Shown here piece after piece: positions 26,224 to 37,019 of a DNA stretch of 64,000 nt; the first letter of the stretch is position 1; every line of letters begins with the position of its first letter. Under the pieces are notes generated by a model. It saw only the letters and a program-made list of their open reading frames with translations. It searched no databases and was not told the origin of the DNA. The DNA comes from Cryomorpha ignava. Lineage in GTDB: Bacteria > Bacteroidota > Bacteroidia > Flavobacteriales_D > Cryomorphaceae. Made by a program: the position numbers and the translations under genes. The DNA lies in NCBI RefSeq assembly GCF_010686655.1, contig NZ_JAAGVY010000014.1, forward strand, positions 1-64,000. Reading direction: 5' to 3'.

Positions 26224-28743
26224 GTGAATTTAGATATTCAAACTCCATTAGTAAGCGTCTTGGTTGTTCAGGGCCTTGCAGAGAGAGGTGTGCATAAGAA
26301 TTTTTTAGGAGAAGGCTACGAAATTAGTTTTGCCGATACCCTTGGAGAATCAAAAAGTTTAATTGCATCAAAAGCATTTGATATTGTTTTACTCGATTTA
26401 AATCTATCAGACTATAAGGGAATAGACGCTTTAAAAAGTCTGCTGAGAGAATTGGGATCAATTCCGGTTGTAATTATACTTCAGGAAGAAGACGATGAGC
26501 TGGGAGTGGAGGCTATGCACCTTGGCGCTCAAGATTACTTGCATTATGCTGATCTGGCAAATGAGAATATTCTAAAGCGCATTATTCGGTATTCTATCGA
26601 GCGAAATAAGCATATTAAAGCGTTAAAAGTTCAGGAAGATTCGCTCAAGCTTGCACAGGATATTTCTAAAATTGGATCGTGGACGTGGTATCCCGAAAGT
26701 GATAAATTTATTCCCTCAGCAGCATTTATTAAGATTTTCGCAATACCTGAATTAACCGCTCAAAACTCTTTTATTACCTTTCTTAGAAATGTGCACGTTG
26801 ACGACAGGCAAAAAATAAAGGAGGCACTACATGTACATACAATTAGGCTGGAGTCGTTTTCTTTAGAATTTCGGATATTTACAAAAAGCAAGAACCTACT
26901 ACATATACATCTCAGTGGTAATCTTCTCGAAGAAACGGGACAAACTGAACCTGTATACTATGGTACAGGTCAAGATATTACAGAATTAAAAGCTACACTC
27001 GAAAACTTAAATCAGAAAGAGCGATTTCTTGACTTGAGCGGAGAAATTGCCTTGGTTGGGGGATGGGAGTTTGACTTAAAAGAAGAAAAATTATACTGGT
27101 CAAAGGCCTCGTACGGTATTCACGGCGTGCCCGAAAGCTTTGAGCCCACATTTACAAATGCTCTCGAGTTTTATGGGGCTGAAGATCGTGTTAAAATGAG
27201 CAATTCATTCTATAAATCGCTTTCGGAGGGAAAACCCATTTTTCTGGAAGCTCCTATACAGATAGATGGAGCAAACCGGTGGTTGCAATACAATGGAAGA
27301 ATTATTAAAGATGGTTCCACACCCGTAAAGGTTGCTGGTGTAGTGCACGATGTTACAGAGTCGAAAAGAAATTTGAAGCGACAGGAGCTTAGAGGTATGA
27401 TGCTTGACACTGTGCGGGAAGCAGCTGTGGCAGTTGATAAAAATTGGAATGTTATATTTTGGAATAAAGCCGCTGAAAACCTTTTTGGGTATAAGCGATC
27501 TGAAACTATTAACCAACCAATAGCGTCATTCAATATTTTAAAAATTTCAAAAGAAGATTTTGCAAAGGACTTTAAGAAATTTAAAAAAGGGAAAAGTGTT
27601 GCCGGGGAATATACTTTAATAAGGCGTGATGGTAGAGAGTTTCTTGGATTTGCATCTAATTCTGTAATTATAGGTCAGGAAGGAAAAATAGAAGCCCTGC
27701 TTACTATAATTCGCGACATTTCAAAAGAAAAGGAACATCTGATTAAACTCGAGCAGAGTGAAACACGCTTTAGAAAACTATTTGAACACTCTGCTTTGGG
27801 CATTGGTCTTGTGGATATGAATTCAAAAAAGTGGCTTGACTCAAATGATACATTGTTAAAATTACTTGGATATTCTAAAGATGAATTTACGGAGCTAACT
27901 TATGTGGACATTACACCTCGTGAATACCGAAAGGTAGATCATGAGCAGTTTCACAAAACTATGCAAAAGAACACGTTCGGCCCATATCAAAAAGAATACA
28001 TTAAAAAGGATGGCTCACGGGTAAAGGTTATTTTAACCGGATTTACCATCGAAAATGGGGAGGAAGGCAAGAAACTGGCATGGACACACGTGCTTGATAT
28101 TACCGAACTGGAAGAGAAAACAGAATCACTTAGACAAAGTGAGGAACGGTTTAGAGATTATGTAGAAAACTCAACCGACGTAATTCTCACTATAGATGAT
28201 AATAGTATTATTACGTATATCTCTCCAAATGCCAAAAACGTTTTCGGTTTCGATTATACCGAAATTAGAGGGGTTTCACTTCTTGAATTTTCGCATCCCG
28301 ATGAAAAAGAGATGGTAAGTAACGACATTGCTGAAGCATTTAATGATGAAAATGGTTTATTAAAAGCAACAACCCGAATCAGGCATAAAGATGGACACTA
28401 TCTTTGGATTCAATCTGAAGGGACAGTTAGAATAACTCCAGAGGGCAAAAAATACGGTATTATTGTTTCGCGAGATATTGATAAAGAACGTAGATCTGAA
28501 TTACAGATACGTGAGCAAAACAGAAAATTGAAAGATATTGCCTTCATTCAGTCTCATATTTTGCGGCGGCCTTTGGCAAATATTTTGGGATTATTGGCTA
28601 TTAATACATTAAGTGATAATCTACCGGCAGAGTCTTCACGCCTGCTTAATCTTATCAAAACAGAAGCAGAAAATATGGACGATATCGTTTATGAAATAGT
28701 TGAGAAATCAACAGAATTAACAAATTTATCAAGCTATGAATAG
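26224..28743 (+). CDS. Sensor protein: N-terminal REC-like domain, multiple PAS domains, C-terminal HisKA-like phosphoacceptor segment, no HATPase_c
   Basis: GTG start. A CheY-like fold (DIVLLDLNLSDYKGIDALK) and about four PAS/PAC modules. An H-box-like IAFIQSHILRRPLANILGLL sits near the C-terminus. The protein ends without N/G1/G2 ATP-binding boxes. Confidence 0.7.
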   Translation: MNLDIQTPLVSVLVVQGLAERGVHKNFLGEGYEISFADTLGESKSLIASKAFDIVLLDLNLSDYKGIDALKSLLRELGSIPVVIILQEEDDELGVEAMHLGAQDYLHYADLANENILKRIIRYSIERNKHIKALKVQEDSLKLAQDISKIGSWTWYPESDKFIPSAAFIKIFAIPELTAQNSFITFLRNVHVDDRQKIKEALHVHTIRLESFSLEFRIFTKSKNLLHIHLSGNLLEETGQTEPVYYGTGQDITELKATLENLNQKERFLDLSGEIALVGGWEFDLKEEKLYWSKASYGIHGVPESFEPTFTNALEFYGAEDRVKMSNSFYKSLSEGKPIFLEAPIQIDGANRWLQYNGRIIKDGSTPVKVAGVVHDVTESKRNLKRQELRGMMLDTVREAAVAVDKNWNVIFWNKAAENLFGYKRSETINQPIASFNILKISKEDFAKDFKKFKKGKSVAGEYTLIRRDGREFLGFASNSVIIGQEGKIEALLTIIRDISKEKEHLIKLEQSETRFRKLFEHSALGIGLVDMNSKKWLDSNDTLLKLLGYSKDEFTELTYVDITPREYRKVDHEQFHKTMQKNTFGPYQKEYIKKDGSRVKVILTGFTIENGEEGKKLAWTHVLDITELEEKTESLRQSEERFRDYVENSTDVILTIDDNSIITYISPNAKNVFGFDYTEIRGVSLLEFSHPDEKEMVSNDIAEAFNDENGLLKATTRIRHKDGHYLWIQSEGTVRITPEGKKYGIIVSRDIDKERRSELQIREQNRKLKDIAFIQSHILRRPLANILGLLAINTLSDNLPAESSRLLNLIKTEAENMDDIVYEIVEKSTELTNLSSYE

Positions 28744-29131
28744 AAAATGTGTATGGGTAGTTGACGATGACCCTATTTTTAGATTGATTTTTTCAATCAC
28801 GTTGAAAAAGTCTTTTGACAATTTTACTATTATTGAACATGAAAATGGAAGGCTGGCCTGCGATTCGCTTTATGATGGCCTTGAAGGAAATACAGATCTT
28901 CCGCAATGTCTTTTTATGGATATAAATATGCCGGAAATGAGCGGCTGGCAATGCATGGATAAGATATTGGAACTTATGCCTTCTTCTTTAGCGTTTTTCC
29001 CTAAAATTTATATTGTAAGCTCAAGTATTAATACTGACGATGAGCAGAAAGCTTACTCATATCCATTTACATCAGGCTACCTTACTAAACCAATTTCAAT
29101 AGAAAAATTTCAAGAAATTCTCTCTGTTTAA
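28736..29131 (+). CDS. Single-domain response regulator (REC)
   Basis: VWVVDDDPIFRLI...LFMDINMPEMSGWQCMDKI. It overlaps the sensor gene by 8 bp, which suggests translational coupling. Confidence 0.75.
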   Translation: MNRKCVWVVDDDPIFRLIFSITLKKSFDNFTIIEHENGRLACDSLYDGLEGNTDLPQCLFMDINMPEMSGWQCMDKILELMPSSLAFFPKIYIVSSSINTDDEQKAYSYPFTSGYLTKPISIEKFQEILSV

Positions 29132-29134
29132 GCT

Positions 29135-29937
29135 TTAATGATCTATTTGAGTCATGCTCGCTTTCAATCCTTTAATTAAGGCCGAGCTAAATCCGTTGTG
29201 TTCCATTTCGTTAAGTCCTGCGATTGTGCATCCTTTTGGGGTAGTAACTTTATCTATCTCACTTTCGGGATGCGTTTTTCTTTCCAATAATAATGTCGCT
29301 GCTCCTTTTACAGTGTGTTGAACAATATTACCTGCAGTTTCTGCATCAAAGCCAATTTCAATTCCGCCTTGTACCATTGCCCTTATAAAACGCATTACGT
29401 AAGCAATACCACATGCTCCCAGTACTGTGGCAGAATTCATTAGCTCTTCTTTAATTATAATCGTTGTGCCAAGTGCATCAAAAATTTTAAGTGTTAATTC
29501 TACCTGATAATCCTCCACTCCATTGTGGCAAATACATGTAAGTGATTCTTTTACATCGGCAGCAGTATTGGGCATAGCCCGTATAATCGCCATTCCAGAA
29601 GGCATCTTGGCGGCAAGTGTTTCTATTGATACACCTGTAATTACAGATACAACCAATTGCCGCAAAGGATCAATATCATCGTATATTTCATCTAGAACTA
29701 CTTGATAGTTAAACGGTTTTACACACAATAGAATAACGTCGGCCTGCTTTACTGCAAATCTATTATCGGTTCCGGCATGTACCCTTAGCTTTTTAATCTC
29801 TTCGAGCTTATCGCCATTTCGTCTGGTAGCATAAATATTTGTGGCAGGCACGCCGCTCTCTATTAGCCCGCTTACTAGTGCATTGCCCAAATTTCCAACT
29901 CCTATTACAGCTATTTTTAGCGTCTTGATATCCATAA
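29135..29937 (-). CDS. proC: Pyrroline-5-carboxylate reductase
   Basis: Rossmann motif IAVIGVGNLGNALVSGL and ProC-family length. The start is placed at the internal MDIKTLKIAVIG rather than the longer ORF (29135..30025). Confidence 0.8.
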
Positions 29938-30051
29938 AGCAATCTTTACAGCAAAAGTAAGCATCCATGTTATTAATTAACCGATAATATTTAAAACTTC
30001 TAAAGCAGCATGGGCTAACTGCCAATTACTTATTTTATGTTTGAATAAATT

Positions 30052-32967
30052 ATGGATGCAATGATTTGGAAGGAATTAAGTCAAAAAATTGAGGGAGAGC
30101 TTTCCTTAAGCAATCTGTCTAAACTGGCCTATAGCACAGATGCTTCCATTTATAAAAAAACACCTATTGGTGTAGTTTATCCAAAACATACCGCCGACTT
30201 ACAGCAAATTGTAAAATTCGCAAGTGAAAACCAAATCGGTCTCATTCCTCGTGCCGGCGGTACTTCGCTTGCCGGTCAATGTGTAGGCGATGGCCTGGTA
30301 GTTGATATTTCAAAACATTTTACACGTATCTTAAATTTAAATATCGAAGAGGGATGGGTTGAAGTACAGCCGGGCGTAATTCGCGATGAACTAAACCGTT
30401 TTCTAAAACCGTACGGGTACTTTTTTGGACCAAACACATCTACTGCTAGCCGCTGCATGATGGGCGGAATGCTGGGCAATAACTCCTCGGGAACCACCTC
30501 CATCAAGTACGGCGTAACTCGCGATAAAGTACTTGAAGTCGAAGCCGTTTTGCGCGATGGCAGTGTGGCTTTATTTAAGGAGAAAAAGCTTGATGAAATT
30601 TCTGAAATTCTCAATTCCGGATCTAAAGAAGCTGAAATTTACAACGGAGTTATAAAATTGCTCTCGCCCAAAGAAGTGCAGCAAGAGATACTAAATCGAT
30701 TTCCTCCTGCAGATATACACCGCAGAAATACCGGCTATGCGGTAGATGAGCTTATTAAGTTTTTGCCTTTCGGCGAAAGCGAAAACAACCTGAATCTCTC
30801 AAAATTACTGGCAGGATCGGAGGGTACCTTGTGCGTGACTACCAAAATCAGATTTTGTATTGATAAGTTGCCGCCAGAAAACGAGGCTGTTATATGTGCT
30901 CATTTTAAATCTGTTATTGAAGCTATGGAGGCTACCGTGGCCATTATACAATTTAAGCCATTCGCCTGTGAGCTAATGGATAAGACCATTTTGGATCTAA
31001 CCAGGGGCAATATTGAACAAGCCGAAAATCGTTTTTTCGTAGAAGGCGATCCTGGTGCTATTTTGGCTATTGAAGTTAGAAGCGATACACCTTCCGGACT
31101 TGAAGATGAGATTGAAAAAATCACCAGCACACTAAAAACGAAAAATCTCGGATTCGCTTTCCCAGTTGTTCGACCTCCGCAAACCGCCATGGTTTGGAGT
31201 TTGCGCGCCGCCGGCCTCGGTGTTTTAAGCAATATGCCTGGCGATGCAAAACCTGTGGCATTTGTAGAAGATACTGCAGTTTCAATTTCTGATTTGCCAG
31301 AATATATCTCAGAATTTGAATTGTTAATGGATAGGCACGGTCAAAAGGCTGTTTATTACGCCCATGCGGGTGCAGGCGAGCTACACTTGCGGCCGGTTTT
31401 AAATCTGAAAAGTCAAAAAGGAATTAAAGACCTACGAGCAATTGCAGAATCGAGCGCCCAACTGGTAAAAAAATACAATGGTTCCCTTAGTGGTGAGCAT
31501 GGTGATGGGAGAGTGCGTGCCGAGTTTATCGAACTTATGGTAGGTCCCAAAAATTACGAGCTTTTTAAAGCCATAAAAAACCTCTGGGATCCAAAACATA
31601 TTTTCAATCCGGGTAAGATTGTGTTTCCGGATAAAATGGATGAAGATCTCAGATATTCAGAAAATCAAGCACCATTCAGCACCCCTACTTTTCTCTTTTT
31701 TGGCAAAAATGAAAACATGCTCCAAGCCGCCGAGCGTTGCAATGGATCGGGCGATTGCCGCAACCCACATACATCAGGCGCTACAATGTGTCCCAGTTAT
31801 CAGGCATCGCGCAATGAGCTTGACACTACGCGTGCAAGAGCTAACGTATTACGCGAAGTGCTCACCAATCCAGCAAACTCAAACTATCCATTAGATTCTC
31901 TAGAAGTGAAGGAGGTTCTCGACTTATGCTTGAGCTGTAAAGCCTGCAAGCGCGAGTGTCCGAGTAGTGTAGACATGGCAGCGCTAAAAGCGGAGGCGAT
32001 GTATCAGTACCAACAAAAAAATGGTGTTTCGAGACGTACGGTTTTTTTCGGTAATTTTCATAAGTCAGCAGGTCTGGCAACAAGATTTTCGTTTCTGGCC
32101 AATCTTATTTTGGCTTTAAAGCCGATAGAAAACTTTATTAAATCGCATTACTCAATTGCTAAACAGCGCTCAATACCACAATTTTCGCGGAAGCGTGCTT
32201 CAAAACTCATCCAAAAATATGGAAGCTCCAATTCACCGGAATTTGTGCTGTACATCGATGAGTTTACTGAATTTCAAGATGCCGAAATTGCTCTTGCTGC
32301 CGCAAAATTATTCCAATCGCTTGAATTTAGCTTTCAAGTTGTTTATACCGCATCCGGTCGCGCTGCAATATCAAAGTCAATGCTTCCGCTTGCGCGCGAA
32401 TGTGCGCACAAGGCTATAGAAAAGCTCAAACCATTTATCGAAAAATCAATACCCATAGTAGGTCTTGAACCCTCTGGAATTCTGGGATTTAGAGATGATT
32501 TTTTAAAGCTTGTAGAACCGGCACAGCGCGAAATAGCTAAAAGTCTCGCTCAAAATGCACTTACATTCGAAGAGTTTCTTTACCGACATATAGAATCTGG
32601 ACGAATTCACTCCGGTCAATTTACCGAAATGGTTGAAAATGTACATATTCATTTGCATTGTCATCAAAAGGCAATGTCGCATATAAAATATAGTAAAGCG
32701 GTTTTATCGCTTCCAAAAAACTACAAGGTTCGCGCTATACCCTCGGGTTGCTGTGGCATGGCAGGAAGTTTTGGCTATGAAAAAGAGCATTTTGAAATGA
32801 GCAATAAAATAGGGGAGTTGGTGCTCTTTCCCCATATTCGTGAAAACAAAGATGCGCTCATTGCTGCGGCTGGTACAAGTTGCAGACATCAGGTAAAAGA
32901 TGGCTTGAAAGTCAGGGTCTACCATCCGGCAGAGATTTTACTTCAAGCGTTAATCAAAACCGAATAA
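30052..32967 (+). CDS. FAD-linked oxidase with C-terminal Fe-S/CCG domains (YdiJ-like; D-2-hydroxyglutarate/D-lactate dehydrogenase-type)
   Basis: N-terminal FAD_binding_4 (GLIPRAGGTSLAGQ), FAD-oxidase_C, then 4Fe-4S cysteine motifs (CLSCKACKRECPSS) and CCG-type cysteines. ~970 aa, as in E. coli YdiJ. Confidence 0.8.
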   Translation: MDAMIWKELSQKIEGELSLSNLSKLAYSTDASIYKKTPIGVVYPKHTADLQQIVKFASENQIGLIPRAGGTSLAGQCVGDGLVVDISKHFTRILNLNIEEGWVEVQPGVIRDELNRFLKPYGYFFGPNTSTASRCMMGGMLGNNSSGTTSIKYGVTRDKVLEVEAVLRDGSVALFKEKKLDEISEILNSGSKEAEIYNGVIKLLSPKEVQQEILNRFPPADIHRRNTGYAVDELIKFLPFGESENNLNLSKLLAGSEGTLCVTTKIRFCIDKLPPENEAVICAHFKSVIEAMEATVAIIQFKPFACELMDKTILDLTRGNIEQAENRFFVEGDPGAILAIEVRSDTPSGLEDEIEKITSTLKTKNLGFAFPVVRPPQTAMVWSLRAAGLGVLSNMPGDAKPVAFVEDTAVSISDLPEYISEFELLMDRHGQKAVYYAHAGAGELHLRPVLNLKSQKGIKDLRAIAESSAQLVKKYNGSLSGEHGDGRVRAEFIELMVGPKNYELFKAIKNLWDPKHIFNPGKIVFPDKMDEDLRYSENQAPFSTPTFLFFGKNENMLQAAERCNGSGDCRNPHTSGATMCPSYQASRNELDTTRARANVLREVLTNPANSNYPLDSLEVKEVLDLCLSCKACKRECPSSVDMAALKAEAMYQYQQKNGVSRRTVFFGNFHKSAGLATRFSFLANLILALKPIENFIKSHYSIAKQRSIPQFSRKRASKLIQKYGSSNSPEFVLYIDEFTEFQDAEIALAAAKLFQSLEFSFQVVYTASGRAAISKSMLPLARECAHKAIEKLKPFIEKSIPIVGLEPSGILGFRDDFLKLVEPAQREIAKSLAQNALTFEEFLYRHIESGRIHSGQFTEMVENVHIHLHCHQKAMSHIKYSKAVLSLPKNYKVRAIPSGCCGMAGSFGYEKEHFEMSNKIGELVLFPHIRENKDALIAAAGTSCRHQVKDGLKVRVYHPAEILLQALIKTE

Positions 32968-33093
32968 TGATGTGATCCCCGTCACTTATAAACAGTGAAT
33001 TAGACAAACATAATTACATTTTGAGGAATTAATCTGTAACGTTATCTGATCAATTTTTTGTACATTCGTTCAACTGATAAATAATATTATTAT

Positions 33094-33555
33094 ATGATAG
33101 CTCAAAATAAACGAAGAAATACAGATCGGTATAATCATTTAATAAAACTATTGGGCAAGAAATACATTAAAACAGACATTGAAAATCCTCTTGATTTTAT
33201 TTCAGTTGCGTCTAGAGGAGTTGAAGCGGGCATTATTATAAACTTTAGAAATGCCTTTAATATTCCTAGAGATTTTGCAGCTGAAATGTTGAATATTTCT
33301 GAACCTACTCTTTACAGATGGATTAAAGAGGACAAAAAGCTTCAGAGGAATTATGCCATCCAGCTATTTGAGTTAACTGATTTGTTTCTCTTTGGGAATG
33401 AGGTGATTGGAAGCCAGAAAAACTTCTTTAAATGGATGGAACTGCCCAATCTGTCCTTGGGAGGATTGGAACCCAAAGAATTACTGAATATTCCCTGTGG
33501 CATAGATAAGGTTAGAAATTTGCTGGGGCGTGTTGATCATGGCGTTTACAGCTAA
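33094..33555 (+). CDS. Xre/MbcA/ParS-type antitoxin (HTH + DUF2384 toxin-binding domain)
   Basis: The C-terminal FFKWMELPNLSLGGLEPKELLNIPCGIDKVRNLLGRVDHGVYS is the typical RES-antitoxin DUF2384. It lies 2 bp upstream of the RES gene. Confidence 0.65.
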   Translation: MIAQNKRRNTDRYNHLIKLLGKKYIKTDIENPLDFISVASRGVEAGIIINFRNAFNIPRDFAAEMLNISEPTLYRWIKEDKKLQRNYAIQLFELTDLFLFGNEVIGSQKNFFKWMELPNLSLGGLEPKELLNIPCGIDKVRNLLGRVDHGVYS

Positions 33556-33557
33556 TT

Positions 33558-34013
33558 ATGAAAATTTACCGGATTGCTAACCGCAGGCACGCCAAAAATA
33601 TCACTGGTGCCGGGGCTTCTTTTTATCCCGGCCGTTGGAATAATATCGGAACTCCCGTTCTATATACAGGAGAAAGTATTGAAATCGCATTATTAGAGAT
33701 ACTTGTACATATACCTGCATTGCTAGTGCCCGAATTAGATGTTTTAATATTAGAGATTCCTGAAAACTCAATCAAGGAAATAAAAATTAATGATTTACCC
33801 TCAAACTGGAATCAGTTTCCGGCACCCACTATACTATCTGAAGTAGGACAACAGTGGGTAGAAAATAACCAATCACTGGCAATGAAAGTACCAAGCAGCA
33901 TAATTGAGTCAGCCTTCATTTTCGTTTTAAATTGCGACCATAAAAGGTATTCCGAAGTGAAGATTATTGATCACCATAAATTCTCCTTTGATTCCAGGTT
34001 GAGAAAATCCTGA
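33558..34013 (+). CDS. RES-domain toxin
   Basis: MKIYRIANRRHAKNITGAGASFYPGRWNNIGTPVLYTGESIEIALLEILVH carries the conserved R...Y...S (RES) residues. Confidence 0.75.
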   Translation: MKIYRIANRRHAKNITGAGASFYPGRWNNIGTPVLYTGESIEIALLEILVHIPALLVPELDVLILEIPENSIKEIKINDLPSNWNQFPAPTILSEVGQQWVENNQSLAMKVPSSIIESAFIFVLNCDHKRYSEVKIIDHHKFSFDSRLRKS

Positions 34014-34060
34014 TAGTTTATAACCTCCATAAATTCAGAAGCCGTGCAACGTACACAATT

Positions 34061-34100
34061 AAAAAGGCCCTTTTCAAAATATGAAAAGGGCCTTTTCGTT
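34061..34100. terminator. Bidirectional rho-independent terminator between convergent genes
   Basis: Perfect palindrome aaaaaggcccttttc-aaaatatg-gaaaagggccttttcg with U-tracts on both strands. Confidence 0.7.
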
Positions 34101-34113
34101 TTGACTTACAATT

Positions 34114-36846
34114 TTATTTAGCAATAACAAATCGTCTGGTCTCAATCTGATCTGCACTGCTTAGTTTAAAGAGATATACTCCTGAAGTAAGGTTCGTAAC
34201 ATCAATAAATCCGGTAACCGTACCACCAGCATTATTGAGTTCTTTTTGAACAATGATCTTCCCATTAATGTCCATTATTTCAACAGTTTGCACATTATTA
34301 TTCAAAGAATTGAAACGCATATTCAATTGATCTTTTGTTGGGTTTGGCCACAGAGAAAGATTGGTAATAGATTCCGTTGCAGTTAAGCCCACTGAAGCGC
34401 CATCGCCAATCACATTGATTGTAAAACCCCCTTCACTTGAGGTAAAACCGGAGCCATCTGCCATATCTCCGGTAAGTACGACGCAATAAGTTATTGAGCA
34501 GCTGCTGCCATCTGGCGAAGCAAAGGTTGCTGTAAGGCACAAAGTAAAAGGGCCATCGCCAAAGTACTCGTGACTGGGGAAAAGATCTGTACTTGTAGTT
34601 CCGTCGCCAAAATCCCAAAGAACTTCTACTGCAGCCAGGATGTTGGCCGAAGGCACAATCCATATTACATCTTCGCCAGTTGAATCTGGAATTACAAAGA
34701 AGTCAATGCTGCAATCAAATTGGTAAATGCAGCTACCATCGTCTTCTGTAGCTTCCGGATTGTAATTATACGCATTTGGGTCGGTGCATCCGTAAATGAC
34801 ATTTGTGGAGTCACATCCTGAACCAACCTCGAAACTTACTGCCTGAAAAGACCCAATTAAACCTTCAGCAATAGGCATACTATCAACAAGAACGGTATAA
34901 TATCCAAGCTCAAGTGTATCGCCCCAAATACCAATAATCTCAAGAGAGTAGCATCCGTCTTCCAAACATTCATCAATAATTGTAACATTTTGATTTTGCA
35001 TAGCACCGGCTAATGCATATCCATCAGTAGAAGTTATTAACCACTCCGTATAAGGAACATTATATCCATCTATGATTATTGTTACCGGAGTGCAATCAGA
35101 ATCATACATACAAGATCCATCGTCTAATATTGCCTCAGGGTTGTAATTTACTGCTCCTGGGTCTGTACATCCATAAATCGGTAGCGTGTTAGCACATCCT
35201 TCTTGATTAATTCCAAAGGTTACAGCTCCATAATTGAAATTGCTCAATGCTCCCGAAGCGAGGATGTCGCCATCAAGAATCACTTCAAAGTTGGCGCCAT
35301 TCCATCCATCGCCAAAACTGTCAAACATCTGAAACGTATAACATCCATCTGAAAGACACCATTGCGAAACGTATTCTAGATTATCGGAATATCCGTTTCC
35401 AGTGGCAACTATTATACTATCAGCGTTCACCAAATTCCAAGAAATCTCATTCGCCCAAGTTCCAGTATTTATGACAACCTGAATTTCGTTAAGCTCACAA
35501 ATTGTTGCGTATTCGCAAGAACCATCATCTTCTGTAGCTTCTGGATTATAATTAATTGCTTGCGGGTCTGTGCAGCCTAATACTTCTGTGGTGCAAGTTG
35601 AATCTACTTCATATTGTAAGAAACAGGTTCCTGCGTCTCCATAATATCCATCTATCATTAATATATAAGTCGTGTTCTCGTCCAGTACCCCACATTCAAA
35701 ATCGAGTGCCGACATAAGGCCTTCACCTGCATTTCCATCGCAATAGATCATTTCTCCACCGCACTCTTCAAATATCCCGAACTGTGTATCTGTTAATGTG
35801 TTAGAGCCATCATACAACGCTTCAAGATGAATGCTTGCAGGATAAAGGGGCGTAGTAAACGTGTACCAAACACTGGTTTGCTCACCTTCTCCCTGGCCAA
35901 AGCCCCAGCACTCGCCCCAGATTCCTTCGTTTTGAAAAGCAGTAGAGTTATTTATTAATATTGTGCTTCCGGGAATCAGTGGAATAGCATTGGCGCAAAG
36001 ATCATTTTCTGTAATTGTGGCGTATTCGCAAGAGTTGTCATCAATTGTTGCAAAGGGATTGTAATTTAGAGCCAACGGATCAGTGCATCCAGAAACAGGA
36101 GGAGTTTCAATGCAACCTTCCTGATTAATCCCAAATGAAACCGAACCGTAATTGCCGGAAAGCAATGTGCCGCTTTGAATAACAAGTCCATCTACCACAA
36201 CTTGAAAAGTGGATTCATTCCAACCGTCGCCAAAAGTGTCGAACATTTCAAAAGTATAGCAGCCATTTTCCAGACACCAGTTAGAGCTATAAGTATTATT
36301 GCTTTGATATTTTCCACCGCCTGCAACACTTGTACTATCGAGCAACAGATTCCACGATACTTCTTGACCCCATGACTGAGTTGAGATGCTTACAATAACA
36401 TCATTTAATTGGCAGGTAGTTACGTATTGGCAGGAGCCATCATCTTGGTTTGCTTGTGGATTATAATTGATGGCTAAAGGATCTGTACATCCGTAAAGCG
36501 TTGAATCTGCACAGTAATTAAAATTAAGTGGAATATCAATTAAATCATCAAATTCACTGGCATTCCAGCTTTGGAAAGTATAATTACCCTGACAATTATA
36601 ATAGCCCGCTCCAATAAACTGTATTGATTCTCCCGAAGGCAAATCAATCCACTGGGTCTGGATATTGCCTGATGGCTCGGTGAATAATAGCACCGGCGTC
36701 ATGCTACTGTCTCCATAAATCGAAACATCGATTTGTACCGGACTTGCAGGCGCATTTGCCATAAAGCCATATAGATAAACACCGTTTTGAGAAAAGGATG
36801 AAACGCTAAGCGCAATCGAAAAGAGGAGAGATAGAAGTAATTTCAT
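34114..36846 (-). CDS. Secreted modular repeat protein (5 x ~130-aa modules, PKD-like domain) with T9SS type-A C-terminal domain
   Basis: Signal peptide. Five copies of G-C-T-D-P-x-A-x-N-Y-N-P-x-A-x-x-D-D-G-S-C-x-Y, each followed by a ...SWNL...FGDGWN...F.V..DG... module. A PKD-like VLWDFGDGTTS segment. A C-terminal Por_Secre_tail (...VTNLTSGVYLFKLSSADQIETRRFVIAK). Confidence 0.8.
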   Translation of the reverse strand: MKLLLSLLFSIALSVSSFSQNGVYLYGFMANAPASPVQIDVSIYGDSSMTPVLLFTEPSGNIQTQWIDLPSGESIQFIGAGYYNCQGNYTFQSWNASEFDDLIDIPLNFNYCADSTLYGCTDPLAINYNPQANQDDGSCQYVTTCQLNDVIVSISTQSWGQEVSWNLLLDSTSVAGGGKYQSNNTYSSNWCLENGCYTFEMFDTFGDGWNESTFQVVVDGLVIQSGTLLSGNYGSVSFGINQEGCIETPPVSGCTDPLALNYNPFATIDDNSCEYATITENDLCANAIPLIPGSTILINNSTAFQNEGIWGECWGFGQGEGEQTSVWYTFTTPLYPASIHLEALYDGSNTLTDTQFGIFEECGGEMIYCDGNAGEGLMSALDFECGVLDENTTYILMIDGYYGDAGTCFLQYEVDSTCTTEVLGCTDPQAINYNPEATEDDGSCEYATICELNEIQVVINTGTWANEISWNLVNADSIIVATGNGYSDNLEYVSQWCLSDGCYTFQMFDSFGDGWNGANFEVILDGDILASGALSNFNYGAVTFGINQEGCANTLPIYGCTDPGAVNYNPEAILDDGSCMYDSDCTPVTIIIDGYNVPYTEWLITSTDGYALAGAMQNQNVTIIDECLEDGCYSLEIIGIWGDTLELGYYTVLVDSMPIAEGLIGSFQAVSFEVGSGCDSTNVIYGCTDPNAYNYNPEATEDDGSCIYQFDCSIDFFVIPDSTGEDVIWIVPSANILAAVEVLWDFGDGTTSTDLFPSHEYFGDGPFTLCLTATFASPDGSSCSITYCVVLTGDMADGSGFTSSEGGFTINVIGDGASVGLTATESITNLSLWPNPTKDQLNMRFNSLNNNVQTVEIMDINGKIIVQKELNNAGGTVTGFIDVTNLTSGVYLFKLSSADQIETRRFVIAK

Positions 36847-37019
36847 TTCTGATTAGGTTAAATGACTGTTTGGATTTCACCTAATTGACTTTTTATTTTT
36901 TAGAAAGTTGCCTAAAGCTTTTTGAAAATTTCCCTAGTTTTATCATCCCATTCCAATTCAGGCTCTCTGGCCTAACTAAGAAAGTAAATATCATAATTTT
37001 AATGTTATTTTAAAAAATA

